Source: Eledone cirrhosa
Lineage: Eukaryota
Reading direction: 5' to 3'
DNA length: 64,000 bases
Assembly (NCBI GenBank): GCA_964016885.1
Contig: OZ024744.1
Location: 100,068,001-100,132,000 of the forward strand
The position numbers and the translations under genes are program-made. Positions within the stretch are counted from its first letter, which is position 1. Each line of letters opens with the position of its first letter. The notes below the pieces were generated by a model. The model searched no databases. It saw only the letters and a program-made list of their open reading frames with translations, and was not told where the DNA came from. Below, in pieces: positions 1 through 10,469 of this stretch.

Positions 1-3000
1 AAAGAAACAATAGATGGTGGTAGTTGTAGCACTGTAAAACAGGGTTGTGGGCATGGTTGGAGAGCTGTAAAGAAACAGTAGAAGGTGGTAGTTGTAGCAC
101 TGTAAAACAGGGTGGTGGGCATGGTTGGAGAGCTGTAAACAAACAGTAGATGGTGGTAGTTGTAGCACTGTAAAACAGGGTGGTGGGCATGGTTGGAGAG
201 CTGTAAAGATACAGTAGATGGTGGGAGTTGTAGCACTGTAAAACAGGGTGGTGGGCATGGTTGGAGAGCTGTAAAGAAACAATAGATGGTGGTAGTTGTA
301 GCACTGTAAAACAGGGTGGTGGGCATGGTTGGAGAGCTGTAAAGAGACAATAGATGGTGGTAGTTGTAGCACTGTAAAACAGGGTGGTGGGCATGGTTGG
401 AGAGCTGTAAAAAAACAATAGATGGTGGTAGTTGTAGCACTGTAAAACAGGGTGGTGGGCATGGTTGGAGAGCTGTAAAGAAACAATAGATGGTGGTAGT
501 TGTAGCAAAGTAAAACAGGTTGGTGGGCATGATTGGAGAGCTGTAAAGAAACAATAGATGGTGGTAGTTGTAGTACTGTAAAACAGGGTGGTGGGCATGG
601 TTGGAGAGCTGTAAAGAGACAGTAGATGGTGGTAGTTGTAGCACTGTAAAACAGGGTGGTGGGCATGGTTGGAGAGCTGTAAAGAAACAGTAGATGGTGG
701 TAGTTGTAGCACTGTAAAACAAGGTGGTGGGCATGGTTGGAGAGCTGTAAAGAGTCAATAGAAGGTGGTAGTTGTAGCACTGTAAAACAAGGTGGTGGGC
801 ATGGTTGGAGAGCTGTAAAGAAACAATAGATGGTGGTAGCTGTAGCAGTGTAAAACATGGTGGTGGGCATGGTTGGAGAGCTGTAAAGAGACAATAGATG
901 GTGGTAGTTGTAGTACTGTAAAACAGGGTGGTGGGCATGGTTGGAGAGCTGTAAAGAAACAATAGATGGTGGTAGTTGTAGCACTGTAAAACAGGGTGGT
1001 GGGCATGGTTTGAGAGCTGTAAAGAAACAATAGATGGTGGTAGTTGTAGCACTGTAAAACAGTGTGGTGGGCATGGTTGGAGAGCTGTAAAGAAACAGTA
1101 GATGGTGGTACTTGTAGCACTGTAAAACAGGGTGGTGGGCATGGTTGGAGAGCTGTAAAGAAACAATAGATGGTGGAAGTTGTAGCTCTGTAAAACAGGG
1201 TGGTGGGCATGGTTGGAGAGCTGTAAAGAGACAATAGATGGTGGTAGTTGTAGTACTGTAAAACAGGGTGGTGGGCATGGTTGGAGAGCTGTAAAGAAAC
1301 AATAGATGGTGGTAGCTGTAGCAGTGTAAAACATGGTGGTGGGCATGGTTGGAGAGCTGTAAAGAGACAATAGATGGTGGTAGTTGTAGCACTGTAAAAC
1401 AGGGTGGTGGGCATGGTTGGAGAGCTGTAAAGAAACAGTAGATGGTGGTAGTTGTAGTACTGTAAAACATGGTGGTGGGCATGGTTGGAGAGCTGTAAAG
1501 AAACAATAGAAGGTGGTAGTTGTAGCAGTGTAAAACAGGGTGGTGGGCATGGTTGGAGAGCTGTAAAGAGACAATAGATGGTGGTAGTTGTAGCACTGTA
1601 AAACATGGTGGTGGGCATGGTTGGAGAGCTGTAAAGAAACAATAGATGGTGGTAGTTGTAACACTGTAAAACAGGGTGGTGGGCATGGTTGGAGAGCTGT
1701 AAAGAAACAATAGATGGTGGTAGTTGTAGCACTGTAAAACAGGGTGGTGGGCATGGTTGGAGAGCTGTAAAGAGACAATAGATGGTGGTAGTTGTAGCAC
1801 TGTAAAACAGGGTGGTGGGCATGGTTGGAGAGCTGTAAAGAAACAATAGATGGTGGTAGCTGTAGCAGTGTAAAACATGGTGGTGGGCATGGTTGGAGAG
1901 CTGTAAAGAGACAATAGATGGTGGTAGTTGTAGTACTGTAAAACAGGGTGGTGGGCATGGTTGGAGAGCTGTAAAGAAACAATAGATGGTGGGAGTTGTA
2001 GCACTGTAAAACAGGGTGGTGGGCATGGTTGGAGAGCTGTAAAGAAACAGTAGAAGGTGGTAGTTGTAGCACTGTAAAACAGGGTGTTGGTCATGGTTGG
2101 AGAGCTGTAAAGAGACAATAGATGGTGGTAGTTGTAGCACTGTAAAACAGGGTGGTGGGCATGGTTGGAGAGCTGTAAAGAAACAATAGATGGTGGTAGT
2201 TGTAGCAGTGTAAAACATGGTGATGGGCATGGTTGGAGAGCTGTAAAGAGACAATAGATGGTGGTAGTTGTAGCACTGTAAAACAGGGTGGTGGGCATGG
2301 TTGGAGAGCTGTAAAGAAACAGTAGATGGTGGTAGTTGTAGTACTGTAAAACATGGTGGTGGGCATGGTTGGAGAGCTGTAAAGAAACAATAGAAGGTGG
2401 TAGTTGTAGCAGTGTAAAACAGGGTGGTGGGCATGGTTGGAGAGCTGTAGAGAGACAATAGATGGTGGGTGTTGTAGCACTGTAAAACATGGTGGTGGGC
2501 ATGGTTGGAGAGCTGTAAAGATAACAATAGATGGTGGTAGTTGTAACACTGTAAAACAGGGTGGTGGGCATGGTTGGAGAGCTGTAAAGAAACAATAGAT
2601 GGTGGTAGTTGTAGCACTGTAAAACAGGGTGGTGGGCATGGTTGGAGAGCTGTAAAGAGACAATAGATGGTGGTAGTTGTAGTACTGTAAAACAGGGTGG
2701 TGGGCATGGTTGGAGAGCTGTAAAGAAACAATAGATGGTGGTAGCTGTAGCAGTGTAAAACATGGTGGTGGGCATGGTTGGAGAGCTGTAAAGAGACAAT
2801 AGATGGTGGTAGTTGTAGTACTGTAAAACAGGGTGGTGGGCATGGTTGGAGAACTGTAAAGAAACAATAGATGGTGGGAGTTGTAGCACTGTAAAACAGG
2901 GTGGTGGGCATGGTTGGAGAGCTGTAAAGAAACAGTAGAAGGTGGTAGTTGTAGCACTGTAAAACAGGGTGTTGGTCATGGTTGGAGAGCTGTAAAGAGA

Positions 3001-6000
3001 CAATAGATGGTGGTAGTTGTAGCACTGTAAAACAGGGTGGTGGGCATGGTTGGAGAGCTGTAAAGAAACAATAGATGGTGGTAGTTGTAGCAGTGTAAAA
3101 CATGGTGATGGGCATGGTTGGAGAGCTGTAAAGAGACAATAGATGGTGGTAGTTGTAGCACTCTAAAACAGGGTGGTGGGCATTGTTGGAGAGCTGTAAA
3201 AAGACAGTAGATGGTGGTAGTTGTAGCACTGTAAAACAGGGTGGTGGGCCTGGTTGGAGAGCTGTAAAGATAACAATAGATGGTGGTAGTTGTAGCACTG
3301 TAAAACATGGTGGTGGGCATGGTTGGAGAGCTGTAAAGAAACAGTAGATGGTGGGAGTTGTAGCACTGTAAAACAGGGTGGTGGGCATGGTTGGAGAGCT
3401 GTAAAGAAACAGTAGAAGGTGGTAGTTGTAACACTGTAAAACAGGGTGGTGGGCATGGTTGGAGAGCTGTAAAGAAACAATAGATGGTGGTAGTTGTAGC
3501 ACTGTAAAACAGGGTGGTGGGCATGGTTGGAGAGCTGTAAAGAGACAATAGATGGTGGTAGTTGTAGCACTGTAAAACAGGGTGCTGGGCATGGTTGGAG
3601 AGCTGTATAGAGACAGTAGATGGTGGTAGTTGTAGCACTGTAAAACAGGGTGGTGGGCCTGGTTGGAGAGCTGTAAAGTTAACAATAGATGGTGGTAGTT
3701 GTAGCACTGTAAAACATGGTGGTGGGCATGGTTGGAGAGCTGTAAAGAAACAGTAGATGGTGGTAGTTGTAGCACTGTAAAACAGGGTGGTGGGCATGGT
3801 TGGAGAGCTGTAAAGAAACAGTAGAAGGTGGTAGTTGTAGCACTGTAAAACAGGGTGATGGGCATGGTTGGAGAGCTGTAAAGAGACAATAGAAGGTGGT
3901 AGTTGTAGCACTGTAAAACAAGGTGGTGGGCATGGTTGGAGAGCTGTAAAGAAACAATAGATGGTGGTAGTTGTAGCACTGTAAAACAGGGTGGTGTGCA
4001 TGGTTGGAGAGCTGTAAAGAAACAGTAGAAGGTGGTAGTTGTAGCACTGTAAAACAGGGTGGTGGGAATGGTTGGAGAGCTGTAAAGAAACAGTAGATGG
4101 TGGTAATTGTAGCACTGTAAAACAGGGTGGTGGGCATGGTTGGAGAGCTGTAAAGATACAGTTGATGGTGGGAGTTGTAGCACTGTAAAACAGGGTGGTG
4201 GGCATGGTTGGAGAGATGTAAAGAAACAATAGATGGTGGTAGTTGTAGCACTGTAAAACATGGTGGTGGGCATGGTTGGAGAGCTGTAAAGAGACAATAG
4301 ATGGTGGTAGTTGTAGCACTGTAAAACAGGGTGGTGGGCATGGTTGGAGAGCTGTAAAGAGACAATAGATGGTGGTAGTTGTAGCACTGTAAAACAGGGT
4401 GGTGGGCATGGTTGGTGAGCTGTAAAGAGACAATAGATGGTGGTAGTTGTAGCACTGTAAAACAGGGTGGTGGGCATGGTTGGAGAGCTGTAAAGAGACA
4501 ATAGATGGTGGTAGTTGTAGCACTGTAAAACAGGGTGGTGGGCATGGTTGGAGAGCTGTAAAGAGACAATAGATGGTGGTAGTTGTAGCACTGTAAATCA
4601 GGGTGGTGGGCATGGTTGGAGAGCTGTAAAGAAACAATAGATGGTGGTAGTTGTAGCACTGTAAAACAGGGTGGTGGGCATGGTTGGAGAGCTGTAATGA
4701 AACAGTAGATGGTGGTAGTTGTAGCACTGTAAAACATGGTGGTGAGCATGGTTGGAGAGCTGTAAAGAAACAATAGATGGTGGTAGTTGTAGCACTGTAA
4801 AACAGGGTGGTGGGCATGGTTGGAGAGCTGTAAAGAGACAGTAGATGGTGGTCGTTGTAGCACTGTAAAACAGGGTGGTGGGCATGGATGGAGAGCTGTA
4901 AAGAAACAGTAGATGGTGGTAGTTGTAGTACTGTAAAACATGGTGGTGGGCATGGTTGGAGAGCTGTAAAGATAACAATAGATGGTGGTAGTTGTAGCAC
5001 TGTAAAACATGGTGGAGGGCATGGTTGGAGAGCTGTAAAGAAACAGTAGATTGTGGTAGTTGTAGCACTGTAAACCAGGGTGGTGGGCATAGTTGGAGAG
5101 CTGCAAAGAAACAGTAGATGGTGGTAGTTGTAGTACTGTAAAACATGGTGGTGGGCATGGTTGGAGAGCTGTAAAGATAACAATAGATGGTGGTAGTTGT
5201 AGCACTGTAAATCAGGGTGGTGTGCACGGTTGGAGAGCTGTAAAGAAACAATAGATGGTGGTAGTTGTAGCACTGTAAAACAGGGTGTTGTGCATGGTTG
5301 GAGAGCTGTAAAGAAACAGTAGAAGGTGGTAGTTGTAGCACTGTAAAACAGGGTGGTGGGCATGGTTGGAGAGCTGTAAAGAAACAGTAGATGGTGGTAG
5401 TTGTAGCACTGTAAAACAGGGTGGTGGGCATGGTTGGAGAGCAGTAAAGAAACAATAGATGGTGGTAGTTGTAGCACTGTAAAACAGGGTGGTGGGCATG
5501 GTTGGAGAGCTGTAAAGAGGCAATAGATGGTGGTAGTTGCAGCACTGTAAAACAGGGTGGTGGGCATGGTTGGAGAGCTGTAAAGAGACGATAGATGGTG
5601 GTAGTTGTAGCACTGTAAAACAGGGGGGTGGGCATGGTTGGAGAGCTGTAAAGAGACAATAGATGGTGGTAGTTGTAGCACTGTAAAACAGGGTGGTGGG
5701 CATGGTTGGAGAGCTGTAAAGAAACAATAGATGGTGGTAGTTGTAGCACTGTAAAACAGGGTGGTGGGCATGGTTGGAGAGCTGTAAAGAGACAATAGAT
5801 GGTGGTAGTTGTAGCACTGTAAAACAGGGTGGTGGGCATGGTTGGAGAGCTGTAAAGAAACAATAGATGGTGGTAGTTGTAGCACTGTAAAACAGGGTGG
5901 TGGGCATGGTTGGAGAGCTGTAAAGAAACAATAGATGGTGGTAGTTGTAGCACCGTAAAACAGGGTGGTGGGCATGGTTGGAGAGCTGTAAAGAAACAAT

Positions 6001-6825
6001 AGATGGTGGTAGTTGTAGCACTGTAAAACAGGGTTGTGGGCATGGTTGGAGAGCTGTAAAGAAACAGTAGAAGGTGGTAGTTGTAGCACTGTAAAACAGG
6101 GTGGTGGGCATGGTTGGAGAGCTGTAAACAAACAGTAGATGGTGGTAGTTGTAGCACTGTAAAACAGGGTGGTGGGCATGGTTGGAGAGCTGTAAAGATA
6201 CAGTAGATGGTGGGAGTTGTAGCACTGTAAAACAGGGTGGTGGGCATGGTTGGAGAGCTGTAAAGAAACAATAGATGGTGGTAGTTGTAGCACTGTAAAA
6301 CAGGGTGGTGGGCATGGTTGGAGAGCTGTAAAGAGACAATAGATGGTGGTAGTTGTAGCACTGTAAAACAGGGTGGTGGGCATGGTTGGAGAGCTGTAAA
6401 AAAACAATAGATGGTGGTAGTTGTAGCACTGTAAAACAGGGTGGTGGGCATGGTTGGAGAGCTGTAAAGAAACAATAGATGGTGGTAGTTGTAGCAAAGT
6501 AAAACAGGTTGGTGGGCATGATTGGAGAGCTGTAAAGAAACAATAGATGGTGGTAGTTGTAGTACTGTAAAACAGGGTGGTGGGCATGGTTGGAGAGCTG
6601 TAAAGAGACAGTAGATGGTGGTAGTTGTAGCACTGTAAAACAGGGTGGTGGGCATGGTTGGAGAGCTGTAAAGAAACAGTAGATGGTGGTAGTTGTAGCA
6701 CTGTAAAACAAGGTGGTGGGCATGGTTGGAGAGCTGTAAAGAGACAATAGAAGGTGGTAGTTGTAGCACTGTAAAACAAGGTGGTGGGCATGGTTGGAGA
6801 GCTGTAAAGAAACAATAGATGGTGG
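1..6825. repeat. Block 1-~835 repeated at ~5990-6825 (offset 5989 bp = 88 monomers + 5 single-base insertions)
   Basis: The same ordered rare variants occur in both blocks: gggttgtgg (42/6031), taaacaaac (140/6129), gatacagtagatggtggga, taaaaaaac, and gcaaagtaaaacaggttggtgggcatgattgg. Five 69-bp monomers lie between them (~2521, 3270, 3678, 4971, 5176). Confidence 0.9.
1800..3160. repeat. Local duplication, offset 885 bp (13 monomers + 1)
   Basis: The rare variant gtgttggtcatgg creates the ORF stops at 2091 and 2976. The variants tagctgtagcagtg and catggtgatggg recur at the same 885-bp offset. Confidence 0.85.
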
Positions 6826-8550
6826 TAGTTGTAGCACTGTAAAACAGGGTGGTGGGCATGGTTGGAGAGCTGTAAAGAAACAGTAGAAGGTGGTAGTTGT
6901 AGCACTGTAAAACAGGGTGGTGGTCATGGTTGGAGAGCTGTAAAGAGACAGTAGATGGTGGGAGTTGTAGCACTGTAAAACAGGGTGGTGGGCATGGTTG
7001 GAGAGCTGTAAAGAGACAGTAGATGGTGGGAGTTGTAGCACTGTAAAACAGGGTGGTGGGCATGGTTGGAGAGCTGTAAAGAAACAATAGATGGTGGTAG
7101 TTGTAGCACTGTAAAACAGGGTGGTGGGCATGGTTGGAGAGCTGTAAAGAGACAATAGTTGGTGGTAGTTGTAGCACAGTAAAACAGGGTGGTGGGCATG
7201 GTTGGAGAGCTGTAAAGAAACAATAGATGGTGGTAGTTGTAGCACTGTAAAACAGGGTGGTGGGCATGGTTGGAGAGCTGTAAAGAGACAATAGATGGTG
7301 GTAGTTGTAGTACTGTAAAACAGGGTGGTGGGCATGGTTGGAGAGCTGTAAAGAAACAATAGATGGTGGTAGTTGTAGCAGTGTAAAACATGGTGGTGGG
7401 CATGGTTGGAGAGCTGTAAAGAGACAATAGATGGTGGTAGTTGTAGCACTGTAAAACAGGGTGGTGGGCATGGTTGGAGAGCTGTAAAGAGACAATAGAT
7501 GGTGGGAGTTGTAGCACTGTAAAACAGGGTGGTGGGCATGGTTGGAGAGCTGTAAAGAAACAGTAGAAGGTGGTAGTTGTAGCACTGTAAAACAGGGTGG
7601 TGGGCATGGTTGGAGAGCTGTAAAGAGACAATAGATGGTGGTAGTTGTAGCACTGTAAAACAGGGTGGTGGGCATGGTTGGAGAGCTGTAAAGAGACAAT
7701 AGATGGTGGTAGTTGTAGCACTGTAAATCAGGGTGGTGGGCATGGTTGGAGAGCTGTAAAGAAACAATAGATGGTGGTAGTTGTAGCACTGTAAAACAGG
7801 GTGGTGGGCATGGTTGGAGAGCTGTAATGAAACAGTAGATGGTGGTAGTTGTAGCACTGTAAAACATGGTGGTGAGCATGGTTGGAGAGCTGTAAAGAAA
7901 CAATAGATGGTGGTAGTTGTAGCACTGTAAAACAGGGTGGTGGGCATGGTTGGAGAGCTGCAATGAGACAGTAGATGGTGGTCGTTGTAGCACTGTAAAA
8001 CAGGGTGGTGGGCATGGATGGAGAGCTGTAAAGAAACAATAGATGGTGGTAGTTGTAGTACTGTAAAACATGGTGGTGGGCATGGTTGGAGAGCTGTAAA
8101 GATAACAATAGATGGTGGTAGTTGTAGCACTGTAAAACATGGTGGAGGGCATGGTTGGAGAGCTGTAAAGAAACAGTAGATTGTGGTAGTTGTAGCACTG
8201 TAAACCAGGGTGGTGGGCATAGTTGGAGAGCTGCAAAGAAACAGTAGATGGTGGTAGTTGTAGTACTGTAAAACATGGTGGTGGGCATGGTTGGAGAGCT
8301 GTAAAGATAACAATAGATGGTGGTAGTTGTAGCACTGTAAATCAGGGTGGTGTGCACGGTTGGAGAGCTGTAAAGAAACAATAGATGGTGGTAGTTGTAG
8401 CACTGTAAAACAGGGTGTTGGGCATGGTTGGAGAGCTGTAAAGAAACAGTAGAAGGTGGTAGTTGTAGCACTGTAAAACAGGGTGGTGGGCATGGTTGGA
8501 GAGCTGTAAAGAAACAGTAGATGGTGGTAGTTGTAGCACTGTAAAACAGG
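4450..8550. repeat. Block ~4450-5420 repeated at ~7580-8550 (offset 3130 bp = 46 monomers + 2)
   Basis: Both blocks share the ordered markers taaatcagg, gtaatgaaac, ggtgagcatg, ggtcgttg, gcatggatgg, gattgtgg..taaaccagg..catagttgg, ctgcaaag and gtgtgcacgg. ORF endpoints 4591/7721 and 5205/8335 differ by 3130. Confidence 0.9.
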
Positions 8551-10469
8551 GTGGTGGGCATGGTTGGAGAGCTGTAAAGAGACAGTAGATGGTGGGAGTT
8601 GTAGCACTGTAAACAGGGTGGTGGGCATGGTTGGAGAGCTGTAAAGAAACAATAGATGGTGGTAGTTGTAGCACTGTAAAACAGGGTGGTGGGCATGGTT
8701 GGAGAGCTGTAAAGAGACAATAGATGGTGGTAGTTGTAGCACTGTAAAACAGGGTGGTGGGCATGGTTGGAGAGCTGTAAAGAGACAATAGATGGTGGTA
8801 GTTGTAGCACTGTAAAACAGGGGGTACGCATGGTTGGAGAGCTGTAAAGAGACAATAGATGGTGGTAGTTGTAGCACTGTAAAACAGGGTGGTGGGCATG
8901 GTTGGAGAGCTGTAAAGAAACAATAGATGGTGGTAGTTGTAGCACTGTAAAACAGGGTGGTGGGCATGGTTGGAGAGCTGTAAAGAGACAATAGATGGTG
9001 GTAGTTGTAGCACTGTAAAACAGGGTGGTGGGCATGGTTGGAGAGCTGTAAAGAAACAATAGATGGTGGTAGTTGTAGCACTGTAAAACAGGGTGGTGGG
9101 CATGGTTGGAGAGCTGTAAAGAAACAATAGATGGTGGTAGTTGTAGTACTGTAAAACAGGGTGGTGGGCATGGTTGGAGAGCTGTAAAGAGACAGTAGAT
9201 GGTGGTAGTTGTAGCACTGTAAAACAGGGTGGTGGGCATGGTTGGAGAGCTGTAAAGAAACAGTAGATGGTGGTAGTTGTAGCACTGTAAAACATGGTGG
9301 TGGGCATGGTTGGAAAGCTATAAAGAAACAATAGAAGGTGGTAGTTGTAGCAGTGTAAAACAGGGTGGTGGGCATGGTTGGAGAGCTGTAAAGAGACAAT
9401 AGATGGTGGTAGTTGTAGCACTGTAAAACAGGGTGGTGGGCATGGTTGGAGAGCTGTAAAGAAACAGTAGATGGTGGTAGTTGTAGCACTGTAAAACATG
9501 GTGGTGGGCATGGTTGGAGAGCTGTAAAGAAACAATAGATGGTGGTAGTTGTAGCACTGTAAAACAGGGTAGTGGGCATGGTTGGAGAGCTGTAAAGAGA
9601 CAGTAGATGGTGGTAGTTGTAGCAGTGTAAAACAGGGTGGTGGGCATGGTTGGAGAGCTGTAAAGAAACAATAGATGGTGGTAGTTGTAGCACTGTAAAA
9701 CAGGGTGGTGGGCATGGTTGGAGAGCTGTAAAGAGACAGTAGAAGGTGGTAGTTGTAGCACTGTAAAACAGGGTTGTGGGCATGGTTGGAGAGCTGTAAA
9801 GAAACAGTAGAAGGTGGTAGTTGTAGTACTGTAAAACATGGTGGTGGGCATGGTTGGAGAGCTGTAAAGATAACAATAGATGGTGGTAGTTGTAGCACTG
9901 TAAAACATGGTGGAGAGCATGGTTGGAGAGCTGTAAAGAAACAGTAGATGGTGGTAGTTGTAGTAGTGTAAAACATGGTGGTGGGCATGGTTGGAGAGCT
10001 GTAAAGAAACAATAGATGGTGGTAGTTGTAGCACTGTAAAACAGGGTGGTGGGCATGGTTGGAGAGCTGTAAAGAAACAGTAGATGGTGGTAATTGTAGT
10101 ACTGTAAAACATGGTGGTGGGCATGGTTGGAGAGCTGTAAAGAAACAATAGAAGGTGGTAGTTGTAGCAGTGTAAAACAGGGTGGTGGGCATGGTTGGAG
10201 AGCTGTAAAGAGACAATAGATGGTGGGAGTTGTAGCACTGTAAAACAGGGTGGTGGGCATGGTTGGAGAGCTGTAAAGAGACAATAGATGGTGGGAGTTG
10301 TAGCACTGTAAAACATGGTGGTGGGGATGGTTGGAGAGCTGTAAAGAAACAGTAGAAGGTGGTAGTTGTAGCACTGTAAAACAAGGTCGTGGTCATGGTT
10401 GGTTAGCTGTAAAGAAACAATAGATGGTGGTAGTTGTAGCACTGTAAAACAGGGTGGTGGGCATGGTTG

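Noticed and set aside
30-68. V(D)J RSS-like heptamer (CACTGTA, variant CACAGTA)
   Set aside because: There is no ACAAAAACC-like nonamer at 12- or 23-bp spacing and no Ig/TCR segments.
36-75. ACAG...CTGT inverted repeats as hairpins/terminators, and A-tract bending
   Set aside because: The stems are only 4-5 bp. The A-tracts are short and spaced 33-35 bp apart, so they are not convincingly in helical phase.
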